A stretch of DNA of 56,050 nucleotides, from positions 1-56,050 of the forward strand of contig NIVC01003557.1 of NCBI GenBank assembly GCA_002269645.1, given 5' to 3'. This document shows, piece after piece, positions 25,280 through 39,224 of this stretch. The translations under genes were made by a program, and so were the position numbers. The notes under the pieces were generated by a model. It searched no databases and had not been told where the DNA came from. It saw nothing but the letters and a program-made list of their open reading frames with translations. Source of the DNA: Macrostomum lignano (taxonomy: Eukaryota). Every line of letters starts with the position of its first letter. Position 1 is the first letter of the stretch.

Positions 25280-28200
25280 GGACAGGCTACAGGCAGACAG
25301 AACCTACCAGTTTCCCGAGGCTTGGCTTGGTTGCTAGGCGCGGGCTGACCCTGAGCAGCCATCGTTGCCATGCAGTCGCTAAGCAGAGGCAGCTCATCAG
25401 GCCACAGCCGCAATTGGCAGGCTGCCAACCTAACTGTCAGCGAGCGAGGCAAACTGCGAATCGATAATAGATCGGTAGGTTTGGAGTTCGAGTCCGACTT
25501 CGAGACGCTGCGACTGAAGATGCTGGAAGATGCGAAAAAAGATAATGGCACTGTTGGGGAGTACACGCGTACTTTTCGCTTACGTGTACAGGTAGGTACT
25601 CAGGACTAATCTGGCTTCAGCTTCGGTCATCCGCTTAAACGCAGTCTAAATACCTCTCAGATTCGATCTAGATACCCTCAGATACGATCTAGATACCCTC
25701 TCAGATACCATCTAGATACCCTCAGATGCAATCTAGATACCCTCTCAGCTGCAAGCTAGATACCCTAAGATGCAATCTAGATACCCTCAGATGCAATCTA
25801 GATACCCTAAGATGCAATCTAGATACCCTAAGATGTAATCTAGATACCCTCAGATGCAATCTAGATACCCTAAGATGTAATCTAGATACCCTCAGATGCA
25901 ATCTAGATACCCTCCCATGCGCAATCTAGATACCCTAAGATACGATTTAGATACCCTCCCAGGTGCAATCTAGATACCCTCAGGTGCAATCTCGATACCC
26001 TCTTAGATACAATCTCGATACCCTATCAGATATAATCTAGATACCCTCAGAGACAATCTCGATACCCTCAGTTGCAATCTCGATACCCTCAGTTGCAATC
26101 TCGATACCCTCAGTTGCAATCTCGATACCCTCAGTTGCAATCTAGATTCTCTTTCAGACGCAATCTATATACCCTCTCAGATACAATCTAGATACCCACT
26201 CAAAACTAGCCAAGCCTCACCTCCATCTGTCCAGCGGCTCTCTCTGGACGCCGCCCTCGCCCTCGCTCTCGTCATGCGCCACGGCCTCAACGCCGGCGTC
26301 AGCCAGCCGAAGCTGCCAGATCGTTGACGGTCGTTGCCGACGCAGCACCAAGCCGACGGAGCAGGCTCCCACGGACAGGTCGTAGGCCCACCTGGTGCCC
26401 GCAGGCCGGCCCAGCTGATCAACTCCATCAACGGAATCCTCGCCGCTCTCGGCGATCTCCGACGCCGCTAGCGAAGCAATCGACAGCAAATCGGATCGAT
26501 CGGCTACAAGCCTTAGTCCGGGCGTTTCCATGGCAACAGCCAGCCAAGCTTGGCAACAATGCTCGTCAGAAATGGTGGCATCCGAGCACCGCAGCCTGGC
26601 AATCTGAGCAGTGAGCACCGGCTGCTCATTACCGATTTTATTACCGTCGCTCTCGCCGTAAAACCGAAGCAGTCTCGAACTATTTCCGAGTTGGTTGCTA
26701 CCCTGCCCGGCAACCACAAGATCGCCAACGCGGCTGCCCGCGGCCAGCTGACAGACCGAGGCCGACAAGCCAGAGATTCGAACCCGCAACTCATCAGCCA
26801 GTAGAGCCATGTCGGATGATGACGTCATCACCGCATCCTCTGGGGTGAACAGCTCCTTCAAAGCCGGCCGACTGTAGCTGAACTCGTAGAATTGCACGGC
26901 ATCAGTTGTGTCATCGGAATTTGACTGAGCAGAGGAGCTGGTGCTGCTCAACAGCAGGCTGCCCAAGTCTGCGTACAGGGCGCGGTTTCCGGCGCCGCCA
27001 CGGAGCGGCAGGATGAGTCGAGGCGCGCTGATCTCAGCCCGGGCTGTCAGGCCGCCGGCTTGGCGAATCTGGCAGATTTTGAAAATTCAACAAAAAATTC
27101 ATCGACATACTGTATCTGAGGAAAAAATTATTTTTATAAACTGACCTCAGTCTGGGCCGATTCAAGTACGTCGCCAGCTTGCCAGTTTAAGCGAGATTGC
27201 AGCTGCTCCAGCGGCTCTTGAATTGAAGTGCTGAACTCCTGGGATTTTTTTAAATGACTGGATGTTCACATATTAAATAATTTTAAAGTGGGTCATCTAG
27301 GGTCTCGACGGTAGGAAGGCCACTCAAGTTCATTTAAGGTCGGTCACGGGGCTGCATGCTCATTCAAGGTCATCTAGTGTTGCAAGGGTAGGATGGTCAT
27401 TCAAGGTCATCTGGGGTCGCGAGTGTTGGATGGTCATTCAAGGTCATCTAGTGTTGCAAGGGTTGGATGGTCATTCAAGGTCATCTAGGGTCGCGAGTGT
27501 TGGATGGTCATTCAAGGTCATCTAGTGTTGCAAGGGTTGGATGGTCATTCAAAGTCATCTAGGGTCGCGAGTGTTGGATGCTCGTTCAAGGTCATCTAGT
27601 GTTGCAAGGGTTGGATGGTCATTCAGGGTCATCTGAGGTCGCGAGGGTTGGATGGCCATTCAAGGTCATCTGGGGTCGCGAGGGTTGTATGGCCATTCAA
27701 GGTCATCTAAGGTCGCGAATGCTGTTGATTAAAGCATAAAGTTTTGTTTAACAAGCTCAGGTGAACCAGGTTCATAATAGTAGGCATATTAATTACCTTC
27801 AGCCCAGCCATCAGCTCGGGCAAAAGTACAAGCTGCACTTTATTCAATTTGCAGTCAATATCCAATCGGCTTGGGCCGGGACCAGCTGGCCAACTGGTAA
27901 TCCGAATTCTGGCCACAGGCTCGTCAGGCAAATCGGCTAATAACGGCTTGGCGTACAGTCGACGCCTTTGCCGATTGGGCACCAGACAGGATCGGCCAGT
28001 GTCCGCTTCTAAACCGGTGCACTCCAGCTGTAGTTCGCGTTTCAGCCGGTACTCCGTCATAGCACCACCAGTCGATGCCGGCCGCTCGTAGGTGGCCGAA
28101 GCTTCGATGCGCAGCTCGGACAGCCGGCACACGCACAGGATCTGGTGCTCGGCGGAGGCCAAATCCAGCCTGGCATTGGTGAGCCGCAGCTCCAGGCTGA

Positions 28201-31200
28201 CTGGAGGCGGCGGCGACTGGCGAATGCGGCGGTGCGGCCGCGCCGGGCCGTCTTGGGAATGCTGCGGCTGATTGATGGGTGGGGATGGTACTCAAGAGTA
28301 GCAGGCAATAATAGGGGTTGTGTCCTAGCATCTGTCCTAGTGTCTGTCCCAGTGTCTGTCCCAGTGTCTGTCCCAGTGTCTGTCCTAGTGTCTGTCATAG
28401 TGTCTCTCTTAGTGTCTGTCCCAGTGTCTGTCCCAGTGTCTGTCCCAGTGTCTGTCCCAGTGTCTGTCCCAGTGTCTGTCCCAGTGTCTGTCCCAGTGTC
28501 TGTCCTAGTGTCTGTCATAGTGTCTGTCTTAAGTGTCTGTCATAGTGTCTGTCCTAGTGTCTGTCATAGTGTCTGTCTTAATTTATTTGCAGTCTTAATT
28601 TATTTGCAGTCTTAATTTATTTGCAGTCTTAATTTATTTGCAGTCTTAATTTATTTGCAGTCTTATTTATTTGCAGTCTTAATTTATTTGCAGTCTTAAT
28701 TTATTTGCAGTCTTAATTTATTTGCAGTCTTAATTTATTTGCAGTCTTAATTTATTTGCAGTCTTAATTTATTTGCAGTCTTAATTTATTTGCAGTCTTA
28801 ATTTATTTGCAGTCTTAATTTATTTGCAGTCTTAATTTATTTGCAGTCTTAATTTATTTGCAGTCTTAATTTATTTGCAGTCTTAATTTATTTGCAGTCT
28901 TAATTTATTTGCAGTCTTAATTTTAGACAGCGCGCGAGAACGGCAACACCGGAGCGCTAGAGGACTTCCTGGAGAGACAGGACATGGTGTCGGCCAACAC
29001 CAGATTCCGCAAGTCACCGGGCAGGCTCGCGACCTTCGTGGGCTGCAAGCGGAGGCGGCGGAACGCGCGCGGCCGGAACGCTACGCGGAGGCTGGCACAG
29101 CTCGACCACGTGCTTGTGCGCTTTCGTGAGCGCCGCCGCGTCACCAACTGCCACACCATTACGCCGCTGGCTCTGCGGTCCGACCATCGGCTGCTCATCT
29201 GCGACCTTCGGCTTCGGGACCCGCTCTACCGTCCGCCAAAGCGGCCACCGCGGCGCTACTACCGCGCGCTCAGGGACGCCGAGACGCGACGTCGCTTTGC
29301 CGGTGCCTTTGTCACTGCGCTGGGCGACAAGCGTGGAGGAGCCGAGTACGCGGAGGTGAGCGCTGCAGTTCGAGCCGCTGCGGAGCAAGCAGTCCCGCTG
29401 ATGCGACCGGCCCAGCGCGGGCAGCCGGTCTGGCAGGACGACCCCGCGATCGACGAAGCGAGGGAAGATCTGGAGAGGCTCCGACTGAGTGGGCGGCCAA
29501 CTCGCGAGGCGGAGGAGGCTCTGGCGGCTGTCTACCTGCAGCGGCAGCAGTCCGCTGTCGATGACGCCATCCAAGCCGTCATTGCCGCAGGGCCCGATGC
29601 CAGAGGGCGCGTGGCCTGGTCCGCCATCAACACTCTGACGGGGCGAAAGCGGCGCATCGCGCTCAACCTGGCAGGCGACACTCCGGATGAGCGCAGGAAC
29701 GAGCTGCGCGAGTTCTTCGCCGCCATTGTCAACGCGCCGCCCCCTCCGCTTCCAGAAAATCTGAGGCTGCCGCCGGAGACGCCGTTGCCGGCGGAGGAGA
29801 GCTTCAATGTTGCCCCAGTCAGCACAGCCGACGTTGTGAAGTTCGCTCGGCAGTCGCCGGGCGGCAAAGCGCTTGGTCCGGACGAGGTGCCCACCGAGGC
29901 GCTGCGGATCCACTGCGTGGCCACTGAGGTCGCCAGAGTGATGAACCGCGTGCTTTTCGGTGAGGTGGCGCCAAACGAATGGACCACGGCGCACATCGTC
30001 GCCATTCCAAAGAAGCCGGGCACCACCAAGCTCGAGGAGCATCGAGGCATCTGCCTACAGTCCTGCGCCGCGAAGCTGTTCAACCGCATGCTGCTATCGC
30101 GGTTACAGACTGTGCTGGACCCGTACCTGCGACCTGAGCAGAACGGATTCCGGCCCCATCGCGGCACAGTGACGCAGATCCTGGCTCTTCGACGAGTCAT
30201 CGAGGAGGCGCGCATCCGCCAGTTGACCCTGATCCTGATCTTCGTCGATTTCAGGAAGGCTTTCGACTCGGTCGTGAGGGACGCGCTCCCAGAGGTGCTC
30301 CGTGCGTACAACGTGCCAGAGCTGCTGATTTCTGCTGTCATGGCGCTGTACCACGGCACGACGGCTGCTGTCTCAACACCGGACGGCCTATCGGATTTCT
30401 TCGAGACATCCTCCGGGGTGCTCCAGGGAGATACGCTAGCGCCGTTCCTATTTATTCTGGTGCTTGACTGGGTGCTACGGACTGCTCTGCCTTCCAACGA
30501 CGACGGCTTCCTGCTGCGGCGACGCGTGGGTCGACGCCAATCGGAGAGACGGCTCAGCGTGCTTGGCTACGCCGATGACCTCGCCCTGCTGTCCTCGACC
30601 GTCGAGGGCGCCCAACGACAGCTGGATAGGCTGGTTGCCGTTGCGGCGAGCGTCGGCCTGGTGGTCAACACGCAGAAGACCGTCGTGCTATGCGTGCCGG
30701 ACGACACCGAGGCTGCAATCTTCTGCCGAGGCGCTGACGGACAGGCGAGTGAGCTTTCAAGATGTCAGCAGTTCGTCTACCTCGGCGGTCTGGTTCCCGA
30801 CGTCCGCGAGGATCTGCGGCGTCGCCGAGGACTTGCTTGGGCTGCCTTTCGTTCTATAAGGTCAGTCCTGCAGTCCGAGGCCCTACCGGACCGCCAGAGG
30901 GCGGCGCTGTTCCAGGCGGTGATCGAGACCGTCCTGTTATACAACGCCGAGACCTGGACGCTGACAGACTCGCTCGAGGCTCAAGTCGACGCGGCGCACG
31001 CTGGCCTGCTGCGCGCCGCCTTCAAGATCGGCAACGAGCGAGTCACCAACACGGCGCTCTATCATCGCGCCGGCCTGGCCCGTCCTAGCGATCTGCTGCG
31101 CCGTCGGCGACTCCAGCTGGCAGGCCACGTCATCCGCGCCGAGGCCTACTGTCCGGAGCCGGTGCAGGAGGTGCTGCTACTTACGTTGCAGGCACCCTAC

Positions 31201-34200
31201 CGGCGGGGACAGGCGAAGACTCGGCGCTACGTCGACTGTCTGCTGGCTGACGCCGGCGCCCCGGACTCTGCCGGCGGTGCGGCTTTTGTTCGCGCCCAAG
31301 CTTTGAAGCGCGCCATCTGACGCTGCTTTTGTGAACTGGCAGCGTACTCTGTTGTTGCTGTTGTTGTTGTTCTGTCTTAAGTGTCTGTCCTAGTGTCTGT
31401 CCTAGTGTCTGTCCTAGTGTCTGTATGCCTGTCTTAGTGTCTGTCCCAGTGTCTGTCCCAGTGTCTGTCCCAGTGTCTGTCCCAGGGTCTGTCCCAGGGT
31501 CTGTCCCAGTGTCTGTCTTAGTGTCTGTCCCAGTATCTGTCTTAGTGTCTGTCCTAGTGTCTGTCCTAGCGTCTGTTTTAGTGCCTGTCTTAGTGTCTGT
31601 CCTAGTGTCTGTCCTAGTGTCTGTCGTAGTGTCTGTCCCAGTGTCTGTATGCCTGTCTTAGTGTCTGTCCCAGTGTCTGTCCTACCGTCTGTTTTAGTGT
31701 CTGTCTTAGTGTCTGTCCTAGTGTCTGTCCTAGTGTCTGTCGTAGTGTATGTATGCCTGTCTTAGTGTCTGTCCTAGTGTCTGTATGCCTGTCTTAGTGT
31801 CTGTCCCAGTGTCTGTCCCAGTGTCTGTCCCAGTGTCTGTCCCAGTGTCTGTCCATGTGTCTGTCCATGTGTCTATCTTAGTGTCTGTCCATGTGTCTAT
31901 CTTAGTGTCTGTCCCAGTGTCTGGCCCAGTGTCTGTCCTAGCGTCTGTTTTAGTGTCTGTCTTAGTGTCTGTCCCAGTGTCTGTCCCAGTGTCTGTCCCA
32001 GTGTCTGTCCCAGTGTCTGTCCCAGTGTCTGTCCCAGTGTCTGTCCCAGTGTCTGTCCTAGCGTCTGCTTTAGTGTCTGTCTTAGTGTTTGTCCCAGTGT
32101 CTGTCCTAGTGTCTGTCCCAGTGTCTGTCCCAGTGTCTGTCCTACCGTCTGTTTTAGTGTCTGTCTTAGTGTCTGTCCCAGTGTCTGTCCCAGGGTCTGT
32201 CCCAGTATCTGTCTTAGTGTCTGTCCCAGTGTCTGTCCTAGTGTCTGTCCCAGTGTCTGTCCCAGTGTCTGTCCTAGCGTCTGTTTTAGTGTCTGTCTTG
32301 GTGTCTGTCCTAGTTTCTGTCTTAGTGTCTGTCCTAGTGTCTGTCCTAGTGTTTGTCCTAGTGTCTGTATTAGTGTCTGTCCTAGTGTCTGTCATAGTGT
32401 CTGTCTTAAGTGTCTGTCATAGTGTCTGTCCTAGTGTCTGTCATAGTGTCTGTCTTAAGTGTCTGTCCTAGTGTCTGTTCTAGTGTCTGTCCTAGTGTCT
32501 GTATGCCTGTCTTAGTGTCTGTATGCCTGTCTTAGTGTCTGTCCCAGTGTCTGTCCCAGTGTCTGTCCTAGCGTCTGTTTTAGTGTCTGTCTTGGTGTCT
32601 GTCCTAGTTTCTGTCTTAGTGTCTGTCCTAGTGTCTGTCCTAGTGTTTGTCCTAGTGTCTGTATTAGTGTCTGTCCTAGTGTCTGTCATAGTGTCTGTCT
32701 TAAGTGTCTGTCATAGTGTCTGTCCTAGTGTCTGTCATAGTGTCTGTCCTAGTGTCTGTCCTAGTGTCTGTATGCCTGTCTTAGTGTCTGTATGCCTGTC
32801 TTAGTGTCTGTATGCCTGTCTTGGTGTCTGTCCCAGTGTCTGTCCCAGTGTCTGTCCCAGGGTCTGTCTTAGTGTCTGTCCCAGTATCTGTCTTAGTGTC
32901 TGTCCTAGTGTCTGTCCTAGCGTCTGTTTTAGTGCCTGTCTTAGTGTCTGTCCTAGTGTCTGTCCTAGTGTCTGTCGTAGTGTCTGTCCCAGTGTCTGTA
33001 TGCCTGTCTTAGTGTCTGTCCTACCGTCTGTTTTAGTGTCTGTCTTAGTGTCTGTCTTAGTGTCTGTCCTAGTGTCTGTCGTAGTGTCTGTATGCCTGTC
33101 TTAGTGTCTGTCCTAGTGTCTGTATGCCTGTCTTAGTGTCTGTCCCAGTGTCTGTCCCAGTGTCTGTCCTAGCGTCTGTTTTAGTGTCTGTCTTAGTGTC
33201 TGTCCCAGTGTCTGTCCCAGTGTCTGTCCTAGTGTCTGTCCCAGTGTCTGTCCCAGTGTCTGTCCCAGTGTCTGTCCCAGTGTCTGTCCCAGTGTCTGTC
33301 CCAGTGTCTGTCCTAGTGTCTGTCCCAGTGTCTGTCCTAGCGTCTGTTTTAGTGTCTGTCTTAGTGTCTGTCCCAGTGTCTGTCCCAGGGTCTGTCCCAG
33401 TGTCTGTCTTAGTGTCTGTCCCAGTATCTGTCTTAGTGTCTGTCCCAGTGTCTGTCCTAGTGTCTGTCCCAGTGTCTGTCCCAGTGTCTGTCCTAGCGTC
33501 TGTTTTAGTGTCTGTCTTGGTGTCTGTCCTAGTTTCTGTCTTAGTGTCCGTCCTAGTGTCTGTCCTAGTGTTTGTCCTAGTGTCTGTATTAGTGTCTGTC
33601 CTAGTGTCTGTCATAGTGTCTGTCTTAAGTGTCTGTCATAGTGTGTGTCCTAGTGTCTGTCATAGTGTCTGTCTTAAGTGTCTGTCCTAGTGTCTGTCCT
33701 AGTGTCTGTCCTAGTGTCTGTATGCCTGTCTTAGTGTCTGTATGCCTGTCTTAGTGTCTGTCCCAGTGTCTGTCCCAGTGTCTGTCTTAGGGTCTGTCCC
33801 AGTGTCTGTCTTAGTGTCTGTCCTAGTGTCTGTCATAGTGTCTCTCTTAGTGTCTGTCCCAGTGTCTGTCCCAGTGTCTGTCCCAGTGTCTGTCACAGTG
33901 TCTGTCCCAGTGTCTGTCATAGTGTCTGTCCTAGTGTCTGTCCTAGTGTCTGTCCTAGTGTCTGTCCTAGCGTCTGTTTTAGTGCCTGTCTTAGTGTCTG
34001 TCCTAGTGTCTGTCCTACCGTCTGTTTTAGTGTCTGTCTTAGTGTCTGTCCTAGTGTCTGTCCTAGCGTCTGTTTTAGTGCCTGTCTTAGTGTCTGTCCT
34101 AGTGTCTGTCGTAGTGTCTGTATGCCTGTCTTAGTGTCTGTCCTAGTGTCTGTATGCCTGTCTTAGTGTCTGTCCCAGTGTCTGTGCTAGTGTCTGTCCC

Positions 34201-37200
34201 AGTGTCTGTCCCAGTGTCTGTCCCAGTGTCTGTCCCAGTGTCTGTCCTAGTGTCTGTCCCAGTGTCTGTCCTAGCGTCTGTTTTAGTGTCCGTCTTAGTG
34301 TCTGTCCCAGTGTCTGTCCCAGTGTCTGTCCCAGTGTCTGTCCTAGTGTCTGTCCCAGTGTCTGTCCCAGTGTCTGTCCCAGTGTCTGTCCCAGTGTCTG
34401 TCCCAGTGTCTGTCCCAGTGTCTGTCCTAGTGTATCAATGTGTCTGTCTGTCTGTATCAGCGGTCTGTCTGTCAGTCAGTCAGCAGAGCAGAACTCACGG
34501 CAAGCACAGGCGGCGGCAGCGGCAGGTCGGCAAGCCGGTTGCACACGTCTTCGGCCAGGTGCAGACAGCCAGCCAGACAGTCGGGCTGCAGACAGGCTCC
34601 CAGAGCGTCCAGTTGAGTTTCCGCCGACATTCGTTCGGGCGACACCACGGCCGACAGGCTGAGAAAACCGAAATCTTCGTCCGGGATTTTATAGGGCACC
34701 CGTTTCAGACGCTTGACAATTTTTGCGCCTTGTGTCTCAAATCCCGAATCGGCAACTTCGACCGCATCGAGCTGACTGCTAAGCAGGCGAAGAGGTCGAC
34801 TGCGATCCAGCTTGGAGCCCGCGCCCACCGGCTGCGGGTGAGCCAAATCCTGGTGGGATGCGGAGGGTGTCTGAGGATTACAGCAGGTGAATCATGAGGA
34901 TTACAGCAGGTGAATCATGAGGATTACAGCAGGTGAATCATGAGGATTACAGCAGGTGAATCATGAGGATTACAGCAGGTGAATCATGAGGATTACAGCA
35001 GGTGAGTCATGAGGATTACAGCAGGTGAATCATGAGGATTACAGCAGGTGAGTCATGAGGATTACAGCAGGTGAATCATGAGGATTACAGCAGGTGAATC
35101 ATGAGGATTACAGCAGGTGAATCATGAGGATTACAGCAGGTGAATCATGAGGATTACAGCAGGTGAATCATGAGGATTACAGCAGGTGAATCATGAGGAT
35201 TACAGCAGGTGAATCATGAGGATTACAGCAGGTGAATCATGAGGATTACAGCAGGTGAATCATGAGGATTACAGCAGGTGAATCATGAGGATTACAGCAG
35301 GTGAATCATGAGGATTACAGCAGGTGAATTATGAGGATTACAGCAGGTGAATCATGAGGATTACAGCAGGTGAATCATGAGGATTACAGCAGGTGAATTA
35401 TGAGGATTACAGCAGGTGAATCATGAGGATTACAGCAGGTGAGTCATGAGGATTACAGCAGGTGAATCATGAGGATTACAGCAGGTGAGTCATGAGGATT
35501 ACAGCAGGTGAATCATGAGGATTACAGCAGGTGAATCATGAGGATTACAGCAGGTGAGTCATGAGGATTACAGCAGATGAATCATGAGGATTACAGCAGG
35601 TAAATCATGAGGATTACAGCAGGTGAATCATGAGGATTACAGCAGGTGAATCATGAGGATTACAGCAGGTGAATCATGAGGATTACAGCAGGTAAATCAT
35701 GAGACTTACAGCAGGCACAGATATTAAGTATTAAAAGAAAATGTTTTTGAGATTTAAGTCTCACCTCAACCGACAGCAAGTCCACAAACAGTCTGGCCTC
35801 AAGCCAGTTAGGCTGTTTCACCGCATTCAATCGCAGCCTTTCAATCAGAGCCTTCAACTTCGTGGTCTCCATGGTAACAACCAACTTGTTAACTACCGCG
35901 TAAGCCTGCCATTTTAGCGGGCTCTCAATCTTGTTGGGATTTTCTTGCTCATGCTGTTTGGAGAAATTCGGCAGAACAGAAGGCACGCCCAGCAGACTGG
36001 TTAGAGATGGCCCGCTCCACTTGGCTGCCCCGGCAACGGTTGCTAGGGCCTCAGGACTCAGCCGTAGTTGAACTATTTGGGTTTTGAAGACTAACGACAT
36101 TCTGCGGAATAGTTTAGTAAAATAGTAGTCACCGTTAGATTGATATAGCTAATGGTCTAACATTAAAAACCGTTCTAATCCAAATACCCTATTATAAGCT
36201 ACCAATGTCCAATTATAGGCTACCAATGCCCAATTATAAGCTACCAATGCCCAATTATAGGCTACCAATGCCCAATTATAAGCTACCAATGCCCAATTAT
36301 AAGCTACCAATGTCCAATTATAGGCTACCAATGCCCAATTATAAGCTACCAATGCCCAATTATAGGCTACCAATGCCCAATTATAAGCTACCAATGCCCA
36401 ATTATAGGCTACCAATGCCCAATTATAAGCTACCAATGCCCAATTATAAGCTACCAATGCCCAATTATAAGCTACCAATGCCCAATTATAGGCTACCAAT
36501 GCCCAATTATAAGCTACCAATGCCCAATTATAAGCTACCAATGCCCAATTATAAGCTACCAATGCCCAATTATAAGCTACCAATGCCCAATTATAAGCTA
36601 CCAATGCCCAATTATAAGCTACCAATGCCCAATTATAAGCTACCAATGCCCAATTATAAGCTACCAATGCCCAATTATAAGCTACCAATGCCCAATTATA
36701 AGCTACCAATACCAATTATAAGCTACCAATACTCAATTATAAGCTACCAATACTCAATTATAAGCTACCAATACTCAATTATAAGCTACCAGTACTCAAT
36801 TATAAGCTACCAATACTCAATTATAAGCTACCAATACTCAATTATAAGCTACCAGTACTCAATTATAAGCTACCAATACTCAATTATAAGCTACCAATAC
36901 TCAATTATAAGCTACCAGTACTCAATTATAAGCTACCAATACTCAATTATAAGCTACCAGTACTCAATTATAAGCTACCAATATCTCTATAATAAGATAC
37001 CAAAATCGCATCTCACTACTCACTTTGGCAAATCCATAGGCGCATTAACGCCAAAACCGCAGGCGATTGCGGCATCAACAATGGGCTTATCGATGCACTG
37101 ATTGGCAACAATTCTCAGCCTAAGCGTCAGTTGGTGCACTGAGTTGGGCGCAGTTTCAGGCGCCAGGCACAACTGTCTGAGATGCTCATCAACCAGATTG

Positions 37201-39081
37201 GACTCTGCAGGGCCGGTCTTCAGCCACAGCAGTTCCACCTCGTCCATCAGGCAGGTGAGCCCCCGGTCCGACGACAGAGGTCCGGTGGGCAGGTGAAACG
37301 ACAAGCCGTCCAGGTGGCCGCGGAATCGGTGCCGATCTTTTTCGGCAGTGCCGCCAGATCGACCAGCGCCGTTGCGACCGACGCCGCGACGTGTGAGAAA
37401 GCGCAGAGTTTTGAGCAGCTCCTCGTCAAGTTCCGGCTCAGCTTCCTCGGCCTCATCGGCGGCCGAGGATGAGGATGACACTTGGAAAAAGTTGGCTAGG
37501 CGATTTGCCGTGGACTGTTGGGTATTGATGGAGGGGTAGAGGGTGCGTGTAAAAATCAAGGCGTCAGCCGGCCGGCCTCTCTGCGACGGAGAGGCGACTG
37601 TTGCGCGTCACATGAGTTATAGAATTGTAAAAGAGCCGCGAAAAAAGTCCTCCTAATAATCGTTGTGTTGGCGCTTAACTTTCTACTAACTTAGTAGGCT
37701 TAATAAGAGTTCAATAGGCTACACCACAGGTACTAGAATAACTAGATGGGCACTCACGCATATATACTCAGTATAACAGCTTTCTACCTACTTTCAGTTC
37801 AGTAGCAAAGAAGAATACATAAGCTGTTTTATAAAATTCAAGGCAGCTGAAATCACTTTGATAAATTTAGAAGCCCAAACTTCCAGGCGTAAACACCTTG
37901 CTATTTGGTTCAGCAGAAATGTACATTGGCCAGTCCACTGAAATGTACATGGCAGCTTTAGGCTGGAATTCCGAGAAAGGCAATAAAAATTGGGGCGATG
38001 CGGGGGGGGGTAGTGTGGTAGGCGCGGTTGGAGGGTTTAAGCTGGAGATAAGAGGCAATAAATGAGCCTTGGCTTGGCTTTAAAAATAAATTAAAATGCT
38101 TCTGTTTAACTTACTACTGAACTGAAAGTAGCTTACATGCAAATGTGCTGAGTGGCCCATCTAGTTGATGATGGAATCCAGTGTTTCTACAGCGCCTCTA
38201 GCACGCCTCAAATACGACTCTCTCAGTCGCAGACAATAAAACGCTTCAATGTGATCCTTCGGCGACTTTTTGACGACTCTGAGTCGTCTAGAGTTACTTC
38301 TCTCTTATCATACTTGTTACCTGCAACGACTCTGAAAACTGGCCCCTGAGCATGCACACACGATTAAAACGGTACCTAGGGCTAAGAAGCGTCACATACT
38401 ACTTGCGTTGCCCCAAAGTTGTTTCAGATTCGTTGCAGGTTGCAGAGTTGTAACTGAGGCGTTCCAGAGCCGCTGTAAAATCGCTGAGTTGCGTCCAAAG
38501 CGCACCAGTGTCACTCTATGAATTTTAGAATTGCATTTCGCATTTAGTAGAAAGTTAAGCGCTAACACAACGACTGGTGGACGACTTTTTCGCAGCTATT
38601 TTATGGTTTTGCAACTTAGGTGATCCGCTCTCAATACAGTCGTTTGAGTTGTCAAAAAAACAAGAGTTACCCATCGTACATCGTATAGAGACATCGGCTC
38701 TAACTTTCCCTAATATCTCACACTTTGCATATCATATTATTGTACACGACTAGCCCCATGCCCAATTGTTGTGTACAAGCCCGCCCAATTCCGGAAATTA
38801 GAGATTTTTGCATTAAAACTCACAACGCAATGCACAATGCGACAGGCTCCAATATCCAGGATGTAGGGCGATTTGTCTGGTCGGCAGAGTTTAACAAATT
38901 TTGACTGGCCGTTTGGCAGCTTGGTGTGACAACAGCGGCAGGCCTCTGTGGCAACCAGCTGCCTGCCATCGTAGCCGAGTGCCGACAGGGAGCCTAGCGA
39001 AGCTTTCAGGCTGTGGAGGATAGATAGAATGAATGTTTGTGTGTGGCATGGAGCACAGACAGACAGACAGACAGATAGATG

Positions 39082-39121
<40 letters not shown>

Positions 39122-39164
39122 CACACATAGATAAATAGATAGATAGATAGATAGATAGATAGAC

Positions 39165-39224
<60 letters not shown>

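Larger units (their letters stand above)
28318..34432. repeat. 12-bp minisatellite (AGTGTCTGTCCY)n, interrupted by a LINE at 28582-31370
   Basis: Array arms at 28318-28581 and 31371-34432, with higher-order block duplications. Confidence 0.97.

Noticed and set aside
25523-25640. Apparent extra exon and 33-nt mini-intron (25551-25583) in the VPS13-like gene
   Set aside because: That path runs into a stop codon. The acceptor at 25523-25524 has a strong pyrimidine tract and gives the correct phase.
29014-31128. Antisense and alternative-frame ORFs over the RT
   Set aside because: These are shadow ORFs of a GC-rich coding sequence with no recognisable motifs.
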